Shown: positions 1 through 13,663, numbered from the whole stretch's first letter. The stretch: 63,982 bases of DNA, filler included, from Blastocystis sp. subtype 4 (GCF_000743755.1; 5 parts of 5 records of this genome joined end to end with filler, not necessarily neighbours in it), one strand, 5' to 3'. Translations and numbers: made by a program. The notes: generated by a model from the sequence alone, not told the origin.

Positions 1-95
1 TGGAACAGCACAGTGAGGTTGTGAGAAAGGAGGAGGAAGGAGTGAAGGTGGAGGAACAGGTTGCTCCTCTCCCTGGTGCTGGAGGCCGTCTGTAA
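1..95 (+). CDS. 3' end of an upstream gene (partial)
   Basis: Open frame EQHSEVVRKEEEGVKVEEQVAPLPGAGGRL ending in TAA at 93-95, followed by TGTTTGTT at 149-156. Confidence 0.5.
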   Translation, partial: EQHSEVVRKEEEGVKVEEQVAPLPGAGGRL

Positions 96-234
96 GGATA
101 TCCACGGGTTCCATAACCTATACGGATTGACACAACTAGTATTCCTGGTGTTTGTTTCTAAATGTGAGCTGTCGATGTTTAGTGATTCCTTTATTATCAA
201 GGGAATCCAACTGCATAACCATTTTTGGCAAAAG

Positions 235-3200
235 ATGTCGAACAAAGAGGAACTGGTCTTTGTCAATTGTATCCATGAAGGATGCAAAAGCGAGCGAATG
301 TTTCTGAAGCATCCAAAAGAACAGTTGCCTGAGTATGTGTGTACTAAACACCGACGACTGTATGACATATTTTAATCTATTCATTCGGTAGTCATCGCAT
401 TGTTCCCCATTACAAAGACACCGTTATCAAGAGTGGCTTTCTCTTGAAGAAGGGTTGCCGTTCAAGTAGTTATACAAAACGTTGTGCTGTTTTACTGCCT
501 GATAGAATTGTTATTTATGATAAAGTTGGTGATTCTGATGCACTTGTAAGATCGATTCGAGGTGTTGATTGATAGGCATGTATCAACTTGAATGGTGCTG
601 AAATTGTACAGGATCGTTCAATGAAGAAACGGTTTTCCATCATTTGCAATAATGAGAGAAGGAAGTTCTTTTTCGAATCTGTTCTGGATGGAGATCATGC
701 AGGATGGTATTTTGCCATTAAAATGAATATTGATGTTGTCATTAACCATTATTCTCATGTGTAGAATCTGGAAGATGGAGAGAGATTTAAGAGTATTGAT
801 GAAGATGATTACATCTCACCTGGTACACCTATCACACCAGATATTCCACGGGTTGGTTTCTAGTTGGATTCTTATTCTAGCCTCCCGAACTAAAGAAACA
901 CAATCAGGCTGCTGTGAATGCCCTTCGAGAGAAATTAAAACCTCGATTACTGAATAATGTGAAAGGAGATGATGGGAAAACTCTTGTATGGTTGTGATTG
1001 TATCTTGATGGATAGTCCTTGGGAATCTGGGCAGGAACTTGGAATATGGGCGAATGTGATCCACCTTTCAATTTAGAAGAATGGGTTCCCGATAGCTTTG
1101 ATATTATAGCTGTTGGTGTTGAAGAATGCATGAGTAGGATTTGAGAGTAATTGTTAAGTAGAACTATCGGACTTGGAGATGCGTGCGAATGGAGTTATTG
1201 GTAGTGATTATGTATACTACACAGAGAAGGTTGGGAGTACTAGGAAAGAGGTTGGATTTCATGGATACATTGCAGTGACAGTATTTCTCATGTAAGGAAT
1301 TCATATTCAGGTATTCATCCGAATTGATCTAATTCAATCTGGTTTTGTTCCTGTCTCCCGAATCGTAACAAAGAATGTTGCATTAGGAAAGAACCTTGTT
1401 GTTACTCGTGCTAGTAACAAAGGAGGTGTTCGTGTACGATGTCCATTAGAGTTGGGTGTATTAGGAATTGAGCCTGCTCTTAGTACTCAAATTGACTTTA
1501 TCTGTTGTCATTTGGCTTCAGATCAAAAGGGTCAAACAAAGATAGCTAAACGAAATAAGAATGCAGTGTATGGTTTCATATTTTGATTCATTCATAAGTG
1601 AATTAGTTCAAGCTCTTGTATTAGATGATAGTCAGAACAAAGGATTTGTATTTGCAATGGGTGATTTGAATTATCGTATCAACATGACTCCGGAAGATGT
1701 ATCAGTTCTATCATTCTTTTATTGTAGTGTATGGATTTGATTGTTGAAGGAGTTGGTAAGAATAATCCAGATGCTTACTGTGCTCTTCTCGATAATGATC
1801 AACTCATCCCTTGTTTGGCTACAGGTGCTACCTTCCCAGGATTTCAAGAACTCACATTACCAACATTTGCACCAACATATAAGAAGAAGGTGTTGTCTTG
1901 TATTATCCAATGAGATGTAGAAAGGAGATGAAGGTGATCCAAAAGGATATCAGGACAAAGAATCCGTATATGGCTGTTATGATTATATCATGAAAGATGC
2001 TGGTTCTACGTTACGTACTCCATCGTAGGAAGAATCTATCATTATAACCGTAGCTTCACCGATCGTATTCTGTTCCAGTCATATCCCACAGATATCCAAT
2101 CTATGTTGTTTATATACAAGTCCATTTTTAAAAGCCATTTTCATTACTAGATATAGTGAAATTGAACGAATTCGAGATAGTGATCATTCTCCTGTGTATG
2201 GTGCCGTATCACTTCGTATTGGACCCAATTCAAATAAGGGTCATACATTCAAAAAGGTCCCTATTATTTCGTTATCTGATTTCTAGCTGATTTCTACAAT
2301 TCCTATTGAAGAAATGATTAATACTGCAAGTCAAGATATGTTATTCCGAATTCTCATCAATAACCGTGGTTATATCGAGCCAATGAGTAAACAACTTCTT
2401 CAGGACGTTGCTCAATTCTTCTCTCCTGCTTATATTCATCGTGATACTTTGATTATCAAGGCTGGAGATACCAGTAGTAGCTCGCTCTTGTTCGTGATTC
2501 GAGGAAGTGTGAAGCTGATAACAGAGAAGTATGAATTGATCACTGTGGGACCTGGACAATGGTTCGGAGGTGAAGCGTTGATTGAGGATATGAGTGGATA
2601 CACAGCAATTGCTGAAGAAGATACTGTGTGTTTGAGTCTCAGTGTTAGTGGTATGTATTGTGTATTCATTGAATGTAAGGTGTTGAAAAGATGATGAAGA
2701 AGGGTTATCGTGAATTTGCTCTTTCTATAAAACGAATGGTAATGGGCCAATCAGTAGCTGGTCTTGTGTCACTGCTTGATGAAATGATTATGGATTATGA
2801 TGAAGATACAATTAACTTACTACGCTATCAATTGAATACAACTTATATCGAGAAGGATAAAGTATTATGTAATGAAGGTGATGATTTGGCTGCCGCATTC
2901 TATGTGATTGGTGGTCAGGTGACCTTATCAATGACAGCTCCAAGTATGTATTGGTACTTTCATTTTTTCTAGATGGAGATAAGAAGATTATTGCTCGTTT
3001 GGGCCCTGGTGCTGTTGTTGGAAATGAACTGCTGTGTGATGGTAACACCGCCATGTACACAGTCACTACTTCTACTGCATCCTTACTCTGGTCCTTATCA
3101 CGAGAAGCTTATAAGGTTTATCTGACTGTAATATCTCTGTTTCTAGTTCATGCATAGCTTGATACAGAGCAGGAGGAAGCTCGAAAGGCTTATGATCAGA

Positions 3201-5235
3201 AAATGTTTCATTGGGTCAATACAAATCAGTTACCTCTTAGTGGAATGAAACTCCAGGTGCTAAAGTTGATAAGTGAAGTCTTTGGAGGACGATTGTATGC
3301 AGCTGGAGAAACGATTTGGACACCAGATATGAAGGCAAAGAAACTGAGTCGAGTCATCGTGACTGGAAAAGGCATTGTAGGAGCAGAAGCAGCTCCTATA
3401 GTTAAGGATACAGATAATGAGTTTGATGTGGATTTATCAGGTTGGTATCTGAATCGAATGTCATCTAGTGATTACAGCTTCAGCATCTCAGAAGGTTGTT
3501 GGACCGGGCTGTATTTTGAATCAATTCAATGAACCATTACGTGCTGTGCAGGACTGTGTTGTATTAGATCTTGATAAGAAAGAGTTGAAGAAGCTTTGTA
3601 TGTTACTACGCTGGAAGTTCTTTGGAGTGGGTGCTGCAAATTGTAGGCGAAGAGTAGCAGTTTAAGTCGTAGATGGATTGTCTACCAAACCTATCGATTT
3701 CAAGGGATATGCTGGTCTCCAGGTATGTGTGAATGATCTGGATGGTATCCGACCTATTGGGTATTGTTTTATCATTCTTCTCATTTTCTAGAGCTGCTCG
3801 TGTGATTCTTACTGCTGTGGATTCTATGGCTCAACCTGTCCTTGGTGAAGAAGTGACAACAAAGGACATTCGTGTGAGTCCTTATTACTGGGGTGAAAGT
3901 CACCGCTTTGGTCGAGGTGCAATGGGTCTTGAGGTCCTTGCTGGTATTCGTATTCAAGTGAGTCAGGGATTGGGACGAATTCTGGGAGAAGGAATGTTAC
4001 CTTTGGATGCAGTGTTTACTCGAATGGATGCTGATGGTTACTGCCGTCAAGTAGTGAAGCTGAAGAATGACCAAGGAGGCGGCGGCACTCTTTTCCTTAC
4101 AATGAAGGGTCTGAATGCTCAGGATATGGCCGCATCTCTCCAAGATCGGCCTTTAGAGGACATAGCAGTCAGCAGACAGATCCAGAAACCAGAGACACCT
4201 GATAAAGAGTCGCTTCTTCAGAAGGTAGGGCGTATTGGACGTCAAATAGCTGAACTACCCTCTCGACACAATGAATTTGAGGAACCACGGAGAGGAAGAC
4301 AGGAAGAGGAATTACCACCTCGCAGAGGTCCACCTCAGGAAGAGAGAAAGCCTTCTCGAGGTTTGCCTTCGTTACCTCCTCGTCCTCCCTATCCTATGCC
4401 ACAAGGACCTCCTCCTCCAGAATCAAAAGCAAAGCTTGCTGTTAGTGGTTTCCTAACGAAGATTGGGTTCGGACGCAAAGGGCCACAGCCAGAAACAGCA
4501 CCTCCCTCGCATCCTGAGTATCAAGAGCCTGGTGATCGAAGGAGTCGGTTTGAAGAGGATAAATATGAACCACCTCGTGGGAGACGTAGTCGATATGAAG
4601 AGGAGTTTGAAGAGGAAGAAGATCTCCCAAGAAGACGACGTCGATATGAAGAGGAATTTGAAGAGGAGGAAGATCTCCCTAGAAGACGACATGGATATGA
4701 AGAGGAGGAAGAACCTCCTCGTAGACGGGAAGCACCGTCCAGAGCCAAGAAGACGAAGAAGGCGAAACCACAGATTGAAGCCATCTCCTCTGAAGAGTTC
4801 ACAGAATCTGAGCCTGAAGTACCAGAAGGCAAGCCTACTCCATTCCACACTGGCAAGCGCATTCCTTATATCCCGCCTCCAGTGAAAGATCCTTCAGGAA
4901 ATCCCTTCGCCAGATCCTGTGGAAATCCCTTCGAGTTCGTCAGTACCAAACCGCCTGTACCACGACCTTCTCCTCGTCCTGGTGCTGCTTTTGACTTGTT
5001 TGCTGAACCTCCTGCTGAAGTGGAACAGGAAGAGGATCTCCCTGCTGAACCGGCGAAGAAACCGGTTCCACGACCTGGATACAACCCATTTGCAGCGAGA
5101 CAGGAAGGTGATTATGGTGACATTTCGAAACTGTCGAGGAGACCTTCACCGATTCCCGGCTACAACCCATTCGCAATGAAAAAGTTGAAACCACTTGTAA
5201 TTAATGGGAAGCAGCGTCCGAATCCGTTCAATTAG
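235..5235 (+). CDS. Multi-exon protein: PH domain, inositol polyphosphate 5-phosphatase domain, cyclic-nucleotide-binding domains, Pro/Glu/Arg-rich tail with NPF motifs
   Basis: PH-like KSGFLLKKG..YTKR (~430-700). 5-phosphatase motifs NKGG, CHLASD, FAMGDLNYRI (1651-1680), PTYKK, spliced TPSFTDRILF, SDHSPV. cNMP-like GPGQWFGGEAL and GPGAVVGNELL. Exons link through ~30-nt GT-AG introns. Stop TAG 5233-5235, TGTTTGTT 5256-5263. Confidence 0.75.
4590..4720 (+). repeat. Coding tandem repeat, ~51-nt unit (RYEEEFEEEEDLPRRRR), about 2.5 copies
   Basis: cgatatgaagagga(g/a)tttgaagagga(a/g)gaagatctccc(a/t)agaagacgac is visibly repeated. Confidence 0.85.
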
Positions 5236-5310
5236 ATCATTTGCAAGTGCTATGGTGTTTGTTTGATAGAATCGACATTCCCGTGTTTCCATTGTTTTGG
5301 CAATGTAAAC

Positions 5311-6396
5311 ATGAATGAAAGAAAACAAACGATTCACAAGGCAGATATCCATGCAATGTGCATTGCTAAGGATAACCGTCTTGTTCTAGGTGATGATAAC
5401 GGTCTGATCACTGTAAAGCATCAATCTTGTTTCTAAATCCATAGATGGTGAATCTAGGAGATGGAAAGGAAGATCGGATAGGAAGCCATCATTCTGGAGT
5501 ATACAAAGTGGAAATGCACGATGAATCGATCGTTTCTAGTAGTTCTGGAGGTCGGATCAAGGTTTGTAGAAATTGTAGATATGAATTTCTAGTTTTGGAA
5601 GGGAGTAAATGCGGAATATACGGACAAACTCACTCTCGACCATAATCGAGGTCCAATTTTGGATTTCACTACTGTTAACAACAAGATATTCACTGTTTCT
5701 CATAAGAATTCTTCAATTTGTGTATGTTTGAAGGGATGAGGTGATTTGGAGGTATTTGATGCGAATAATAAATCCCTCTTAAAGGAATCTAAACAAAAGT
5801 TCCGTCATGCAAAGTCTCTCAGTGTTGTATCAACTCCTGAGGGAGAAATGGTGTATGTGGGATGTTCAGCTGGATTGTTTATGTTGGATGCAGAACTAGA
5901 AGAGGTAACAAATTTGACAGAGGATTTCAAAGCTAAAACCATTCTATTTGATGGATCGAGTCATTTGGCTGTTCTCGGAAAGTCGAAGAAAGATAAGAAA
6001 TGGTATCTATACGAATACTCGGTCGATGATAATATGCTGTTGTCAAAACGGGCTATCCCAACAAAGTTTGTGAAAGAAAGGAAGTGGGGTTGCTTCTGGG
6101 GTTGCTTGAGTGTCTACCAAGATTATTGGGTCATTACAATGCCTATTGGATTGCTTGTTGATATCAGTCGAACCTATAATCTGTAGATATATCAACAAGG
6201 AACTGGCTCACAACCAACGATGATATCTATTCCACAAGATCAAAAAGATGCCACTTGTTCTGTTATTGACAAAGATGTGGCGTATGTGGCTTGTCATGAT
6301 GGAAGCATTTGTGTATGAGCATAATGTAGAGCTTATGCATAGACTCTTCATTTAGGAGAACGGATTGCTCCTGATAGCGATATTGCATATCTCTGA
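5311..6396 (+). CDS. WD40/beta-propeller-like protein (multi-exon)
   Basis: IHKADIHAMC..LVLGDDNGLI, HHSGVYKV..IVSSSSGGRIKV and YVACHDGSI repeats; TGA at 6394-6396. Confidence 0.6.
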
Positions 6397-6419
6397 ATCT
6401 GTTTGACAAGAAACATATA

Positions 6420-7869
6420 CACTCACTCAAATAAACCTCAAATTCACTTAGCGTTTTCTTCAGATGGAACAGCTCCTCAATAGAAGGACGAATATCGTCT
6501 TTTGACAAAAATGACAAGAGAACTGTTGACAAATTGTACAACTAAAAATGACAGGAGAGAACAAGAATCACTTCATGATCACTCTTATCATCAAACCACG
6601 ATATAATAGGAATCCCATTCTCAATATGGTAACCAAAACTACTAATATAATTATCCACAATTACAGTTTTTGACTACATCTCAACAGCGATCTCGCTTCC
6701 TACCAAATCACGATTCAATACATTTAAATCCTTGATATAATTGTTATTGACGTATAGACAATCATCACGATACAAACGATGTCTAGAATCAATCCTGACC
6801 TCTTTGCCTACGAAATGTAATGACTTTCAGAATCAAGAATATCCAAAATACGATCTGCGTAACTACTCATAAATCATTCTCCAATGAACCACCATTGCTG
6901 CGAAGCAGTGAAAATGATGATTTCGTAATAAGGATGGATGCGTTTCAATAAGTAGAATAAAAATGGACGAATGTTCGCGTACACCCGGTATTTCTTTCCA
7001 TCCATTCGTATCTACCATCAATAGAAGTCGAATGACTCACTGAAAATGCAAGATCTGGAGTACCAATCTTTTCCATAGAACAATGAACAAGTGTTTCATC
7101 AAGATCCAAAACCTAATCATCATATGCATGAAACGCAACTACGAGGGTATATGGTGGAGTACCTTTTGTTTTAGATGGAAGAAGGCGTCTATTTCGTTGA
7201 TACAGAGGAATAGTATTATATAGAGGAAGACATTTGATAATAATTACACTACAAATGATATAATGTATTCATTGCTACGGGTTATAACCAGAGTCAGCAA
7301 AGTCATCATCCTCCGTATTAGAAACTGAAGTTATAGGAGAGTCCTGAAAATAGTTACATTCATCACGTATAGCCTGTTGTTCAATTTGATTCTGAGAACT
7401 AATATGGGTTTGGGTCTCTTGATCTTGGAGAGATGCTTCGATAAGCGATTCTTCATGCACGGGAAGTTCTTCACCCGCACTATAACTTGTAGTACATTAA
7501 GACTCCCTCTCAATTTCAATCATGGATATTTTCGAATGATATTAGTAGCATCATCTAGGGTCACTTCATTTGCAGTTTCTGGAGCAATAACCTTTATACT
7601 TTGCCGCACAGCTAAAGCTCATTCTCAAATTAAACAATTACATGGATCAACACGTTCTGTTGGTGCAAATATCTTTTCCTCCTCAGCTGTATGCTTTACA
7701 TGAGATGAGCGAAGACTATCAGAGATTGAGGAAGAGGAAGCACATTTAGGTCTTCTATTCTTTCGACTAGATAGATTAGCCCTATAGAAGACTATACATA
7801 CAGTCTCACTGTAACTGGTGCATTTACTTGAGATTCCTTGTTCTCAAGAGAAACAGCTACCGATAACAT
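6420..7869 (-). CDS. NIF/FCP1-family (CTD small phosphatase-like) HAD phosphatase; stop probably completed by polyadenylation
   Basis: TLVLDLDETLVHCS, RPF, IIFTAS, YIKDLNVLNRDL, IVDN and NGIPIISWFDD motifs. In-frame TG at 6421-6420 sits 4 nt before TGTTTCTT (6415-6408). Confidence 0.85.
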
Positions 7870-7947
7870 TTTAGACTCATCTCTACCTGTATCTTGCGAG
7901 GACATTCACTGATAGAGATAGAAATGATTGTGTCAAACAAACAGAAC

Positions 7948-9781
7948 AATTCAAAGAACCTTCAATGTCCTGAAAAACAGCGACATGCTCCTCAATATCA
8001 ACTTCATCACAATACACTGCCTCATTCTCCAACCAATCTACCTCCTCCAACAGACGCTGTCTCAAAGAAATAGCCTTCTCACTGTTACCCAAACGGAGAA
8101 GCTTCTTCATCAATATATCTACCTTCTTCTCCATATCATTTCGCATACGTAATTGCTTCAATTCGGAACATTCATCCAAGGCATCTCCTCGACATAAGAA
8201 TGATGTGCTCTCCTTATTGCCTGAAGCTACATCCGTCAGAATCACAGTTAAACGACCTCGATCTGAATACGTAATAGTTAGCCCCAAACGACACTTCTCT
8301 GCCAAGCAAGGCTCCGGAATATCGATCGAGATTCGTCCCATCAACATCATCGTCGCATCATTTTGTGCATAAATGTCAATTGTGACCTTGGATAGATAAT
8401 CGATCGAAGGACATGCATATCGATTCAAACGGAAACCACGACTTCCATCCTTCAAACGACCCCATACTTTACCCTTCTCAAGAATACGATAATACCCATT
8501 CCCACAGGTATAGAATAACGTATATGGACTGGAAGGAATTGGATCTCCGTCTCGAGAAGTGAAGATCTCCTGAGGATCGATCTTGTTAGGGTCAGTGGAA
8601 GGACAAAGTTCAATTCCTTCCTTCAACGAAGCGGCATAGATAGCAGCTCCTTCAGCAACAGCCTCATCAAGATTAACAATGGTAGGATCAATAGGTCTTC
8701 CAAAGAACTCTGAGAGACGGGTTTGTACATATGGAATACGTGTGGAACCACCAACTAGAATGACTTGATTGATGTTACCAATCTGGAGAACAGCCTTATC
8801 AAGAGCACGTTGAATATATTCAATCGTTCTATCAATATGAGTTTTGATAAGACTCTCAAATTCAGCGCGTGTGAATTGATGTGAATATTCCTTTATAGAT
8901 TTTGTAACAGGATCAGTGATCTTGAAAACCATATTATGAGCAAGAGAATCTGAAAGATCAATCTTTGCCTTTTCGGCTAGATCCTTTAATTTTGATAAAT
9001 CCTTCTTGTTATCATATATATCAATATTATCCTCCTTCAATTCATCAGCTACAACTTTTACAATAGCATTATCAAAATCAGCTCCTCCTAAGTGAGAATG
9101 ACCATCACTAGTCAGAACAGAATATTTACCATTTTCAATCACCACAATACAACAGTCAAAAGTACCACCTCCAAGATCATAAACAAGAACAATCTCATTA
9201 TCTACTTTCCTAGCATGACCATAAGCAATAGCTGCTGCTACAGGCTCGGGGAGACATCTCATAACATTCAAACCTGCTTGCTTTCCAGCTTCAGCAGTAG
9301 CAGCTGTTTGAGCACCTGAGAAATAGCTAGGGATTGTGATGACTGCATCCGTTACACCCTCCTTAACATATCCCTTCAAAACTTTCAGAATCTCAGCATC
9401 AACATCAACAGCAGACAAATCGAATGTTCTTCCATCCTGCCCACTTACATGGTAATAAGGCAGACCATCATCTCCTTTAACAATCTGAAAAGGCCAGAAA
9501 TGCAAGTCTCTCTTCACATATTCATCATCATAAGAACGTCCAATTATTCTCTTTGGTTCATAAATTACATTTTCAGGACATTTTGTTCGGACATTTCTTA
9601 GTTTAGGTCCTGACAAAAAAATAGGAGCATCAATACTCTTTGGATCCACAGCAATCTTCGATTCCGTCAAGTGCTTTCCAGTAGGTCCGACAATAGCAAC
9701 AGGGTGTTTGTCCACGTACTTGTAGATCTCAGAGTTGGTTGTACCAAGATCAATACCAACCGAACTAAGTTCTGTATTCAT
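7948..9781 (-). CDS. Intronless atypical Hsp70-family protein; stop completed by polyadenylation
   Basis: VGIDLGTTNS, VYDLGGGTFD, HLGGADFD, VILVGGSTRIP and DEAVAEGAA motifs; divergent C-terminal half. In-frame T at 7948 + 4 nt + TGTTTGTT (7943-7936). Confidence 0.85.
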
Positions 9782-9990
9782 AATTCTAAGTAATAATTGA
9801 AAACTGAGCTTTTCCTGATGACAGAAAGTACTATTATCTGAACTCAACGACATACTCTTTACAAAACAAAGATACCTAAAAGGTACTTCAAGTAAAATAC
9901 TTCATTATTCCGTAGCTACCAAGTACAGAGATCATGTTATGAGAAACTGACCACCCAACGATTATCCAAACAAACAAATCAAACAATCAG

Positions 9991-12152
9991 CTACTTACGA
10001 AGAGAATGATACTCTTCGGCCTCTTTTACAAGGTCAAAGAGGCTCATCTTCTTCTCTGGAACTTTGAACACTTTACCTAAAAGAATGGTCCGATCACGAC
10101 ATGGAGCATGACCCAAATCAGCCTTCACATCAACATCACCCAGAAGAGTCTTATCAATAATCTCTCCTTTGCTTATCTAGGGATTATTCACATTAATGAC
10201 TAGTACCTTAACCAAACGATATAACATATCATAAATAACTTCTTCAGGAACCACACTGTCATGCTTGTAAAGAGGATGATTCATTACGAAAGCCCTCATC
10301 CACGCTGCTCCAGTTAGGATTTCTCCAGTTGCTCTCTTGTGAATGAAGGATAAGTACTGATTCACAATACTAAGAGTACAAGGAGAACAGTTAATCACTT
10401 CCAGATAAGAGCGAATCAAAGGAATGAATCCAGGGAAATGTTTCTATTTATCAATTCAACACAATAACTCTTACATTGCCATCAAGAATCTCCAATATAG
10501 AATACTCACTATATTCATCCTCATCACAAGAACAACAACAACACTTGAATGAAGCAAGGCGATCAATATTTGGGATCCCACAATTTGTAAACCAGAACTT
10601 CTGTTCTAACAGAGCATTCCGTTTCTCTGCTCGTTTCATATTCTCGTCTACCTTCGACATTGGAATATACAGTTCGAGATTGTAGAACAGAATAGCTCGA
10701 CATAACAGACCAGCAAACACAGTAAATGCTGCATTCTCAAAATCTGTTAGCATCACTTCCATAGTTCGCAACTCCACTCTCCAAGCCTCTACAACTCCTC
10801 CAATAGTAGGAGGTTTCCATCGGACACTCTGCCAATTGGAAGACTGAATGTTCTCAAAATGTTCAGAAGTCTCAGTATCACTCTTGGAATCATAGTCATC
10901 ATAAGAAACGAGAGCATCACGAATGAACAGATGAGCGATATGTTTTGCTAGCATAGGATCAATATCATTTGCAATTAGTGTGTCGTAGGACTCTTGATCA
11001 TACAATACTTTGATATCATTATAACGATCATATGCAGGATCAGGATTAATAAACATATCAACACTATCATATCGACTCTTCGGAATAGCATTAGGCTTCA
11101 CATCACATCCGATTCAAACACCTACTCCATAACGCTCTTCTGGAGTTCGATCATCAACCGACTGACTGATGACACTCCATCGTGTATCAATATCAGAAAG
11201 CATTCCTCGATAGATAGGCGAATATGCAGTGAGGGCCATCTAATATAAAATCACGATCTCATCTTCTACCACAAGAGGAGCAATGACAACTAACTGATCA
11301 TACAACAATCGACTCTCTTGAAGACCTTCTGCTTGGAATGTGACTTGAAGACAACAACTTCCCATTCCAAAGCCCATTGCATCCATATGAATAGTAGGAG
11401 GCAGAGTTGTAGCTGTATCCTGGAAAGTCGGTACCTGAATATTCACCTTCTCACCACGACGAGCACGGATGTTTCGAGTTAGGGCACTATCATGAATAGT
11501 CCTTTGAATCACCTACGCGAAACGAGGGAAAGGACTAATGATTGTATCAGGAAGATAATCAGAATCAGCAACTGGACCATGAAGTGGACCCATTGTAGCT
11601 GCAAAATCTCCAAAGCCGAGAAGAGGAAAGTGAGGAATCATAAGAAGATCTTCATCCTTCCCCAGATACTCATATACAGCCAATCGACGATCCCTCATAT
11701 TCTGTTCTATTCCATTTAGGGCACAGGCATATTGATTATATGGACGAATTGGAGTCAACTCCAACATGTAAGAACCATACTCTGGCTTCACTTCAAAGTT
11801 TAATCTGTGAATAATGAATAGCATCAAAAACTACTTTTGTGTCATACTAAGCTCCGCAAACTTGTCAATGATAATCGGAGCCCGTTGAGAAATTCGGATC
11901 CTTTTGTGCTCATGATCAAATATAACCATATTGCACTCGATCTAGAGCTCACTTTAAGTAGCTTCACCAACCTCATCTCCCCAACGCAATTCATCACAAC
12001 ATCGATCCATATACCGTTTATATACATTTATAAATTGGAAGATGCCATGCTTATGAACTAATCAATCATAAAACAGAAACAACCCCACTGTAAGCACGGG
12101 CTAATTTAGCGTCTTTCCACTCTTGAACACTAGCGTTCTTCAATAAACCCAT
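9991..12152 (-). CDS. GCLC: Glutamate-cysteine ligase catalytic subunit (multi-exon)
   Basis: MGLLK start, [67 protein letters not shown] at 9993-9991. Confidence 0.95.
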
Positions 12153-12216
12153 CACAAACAAAAGAAAATACTGCTAAAGCTTAGTTGAAGATCGTCCATC
12201 TGCGTCATATTATTGG

Positions 12217-13659
12217 ATGAACGAAGATTGGTGCAAGTGGGATGTGGTGGCTGTGATTCTTCATTGATTCCAAGAATTATCAATCAGGTAGTATCACCTT
12301 ACTTCTAATTTCACGAAAGCAAGTGTAGTGTAATCCAATAACTACAGAAAAGAACTCTCCAAAGGTTTCGAACCAGTAATGTGTTAGGAACACTGTGTTC
12401 TCATATACAACTGAGACACCTTGAAAAGGTCAACACTTCCATCTACTTAAATATAAGAGTCCTATTTCCATGTAATGAAGAATAAACACACTTTCACAAT
12501 GAAACTTGAAAGATTCGATATCGAAGACAACAGTTGGAGTCATGATATGAAGGAAAACATTCAGGGACTTCTTAAAACGATTCCTGTTGATGACCTTGAG
12601 ATTGATGTCCCAAAAGTCATTTACAATGGTCTTGTTCATTTTGTTGGGAATTTAGAGTGTGAATTCATATGGTAGTTTGGCGACTATTGGAGTGTTGTAT
12701 GTGGTGGTGAGATAGATATTGCTATCAAATATATATCCTGAACGATAGTCTATTCTGTGTTTCTCTAACAAACAATCCTTTGGATATATGTTTAGTATAT
12801 ATGATTACACAAAAGAACAAAGTATTATTTGTTTCAAACCAGATCCACTTCGTGGAAAGTTTAAGAAATATGTAACTGGCTCGGAATCAACGTCGGACTC
12901 GTGACTTATTCGTTGGTGTGTTTATCATAGTCTACCGGTGAAAGTGATTGAAAACTCAATGTCGGACGACCTATATCGATTTACTATGGATGTATTGGTG
13001 TTGATTTAGTCTAATCATAGTATTTACCGAAGTGTATTCCTTTGGATCAGGATAAATCGAGTGATATTGAGCTAGCAGGATGTATCCGAGTCTTTGAATT
13101 CCTTCTTGTTTATGAATAGACGGCAATCAGTGAACATTATACAGGTGTGTATCAAGTGGTTGTTGGTTACAAAGACCCCTTAGAATATCACTTAGATCCA
13201 AATGCTGTTGATATTCTCTATGTCCAAGCGGGTTCATATTACATTTTGGTTTGGAAGTTGGTTGTCTCTGCTGACATGTTGAAGGTATCCAATCGCACGA
13301 AGTGGTATGAGAAAACTATCATTACTCTTATCTGGATTACAGTACTCTTTGTATTGATCTATCTTGTGGGCAATGTGTATGTCAAAATTGGTGACCTCGA
13401 TAACCAGTACATATGTTGAGGTGGATTCAAACTAGATGTAATGTAGGAGAATGCGATCGAGAGGCACTCAAAGTCCTTCTTGCAACAAGGAAATCGGTAG
13501 TGATCATGAATACATCTGATATGTAGTTGCTTCGAATAACCATACTTATTGCTGGATTTTACTTCTATTACTTAACATTCCGTCATCTTCGTAATCGCCA
13601 ACGTCATACGAAGGATATGGATTACTACAAATCCATTCTATTTGGAACCAAAGAGGATT
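12217..13659 (+). CDS. Hypothetical protein with two C-terminal transmembrane helices; stop completed by polyadenylation
   Basis: Many short exons and hydrophobic segments TIITLIWITVLFVLIYLVG and LLRITILIAGFYFYYLTF. Ends ..GTKED + T(13659) + 4 nt + TGTTTGTT. Start uncertain. Confidence 0.5.
12733..12773 (+). other. Probable U12-type AT-AC intron (41 nt)
   Basis: 5' ATATCCTG, branch TCTCTAAC 12762-12769, 3' AAC. Removal bypasses an in-frame TGA and joins two open frames. Confidence 0.6.
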
Positions 13660-13663
13660 CTTC

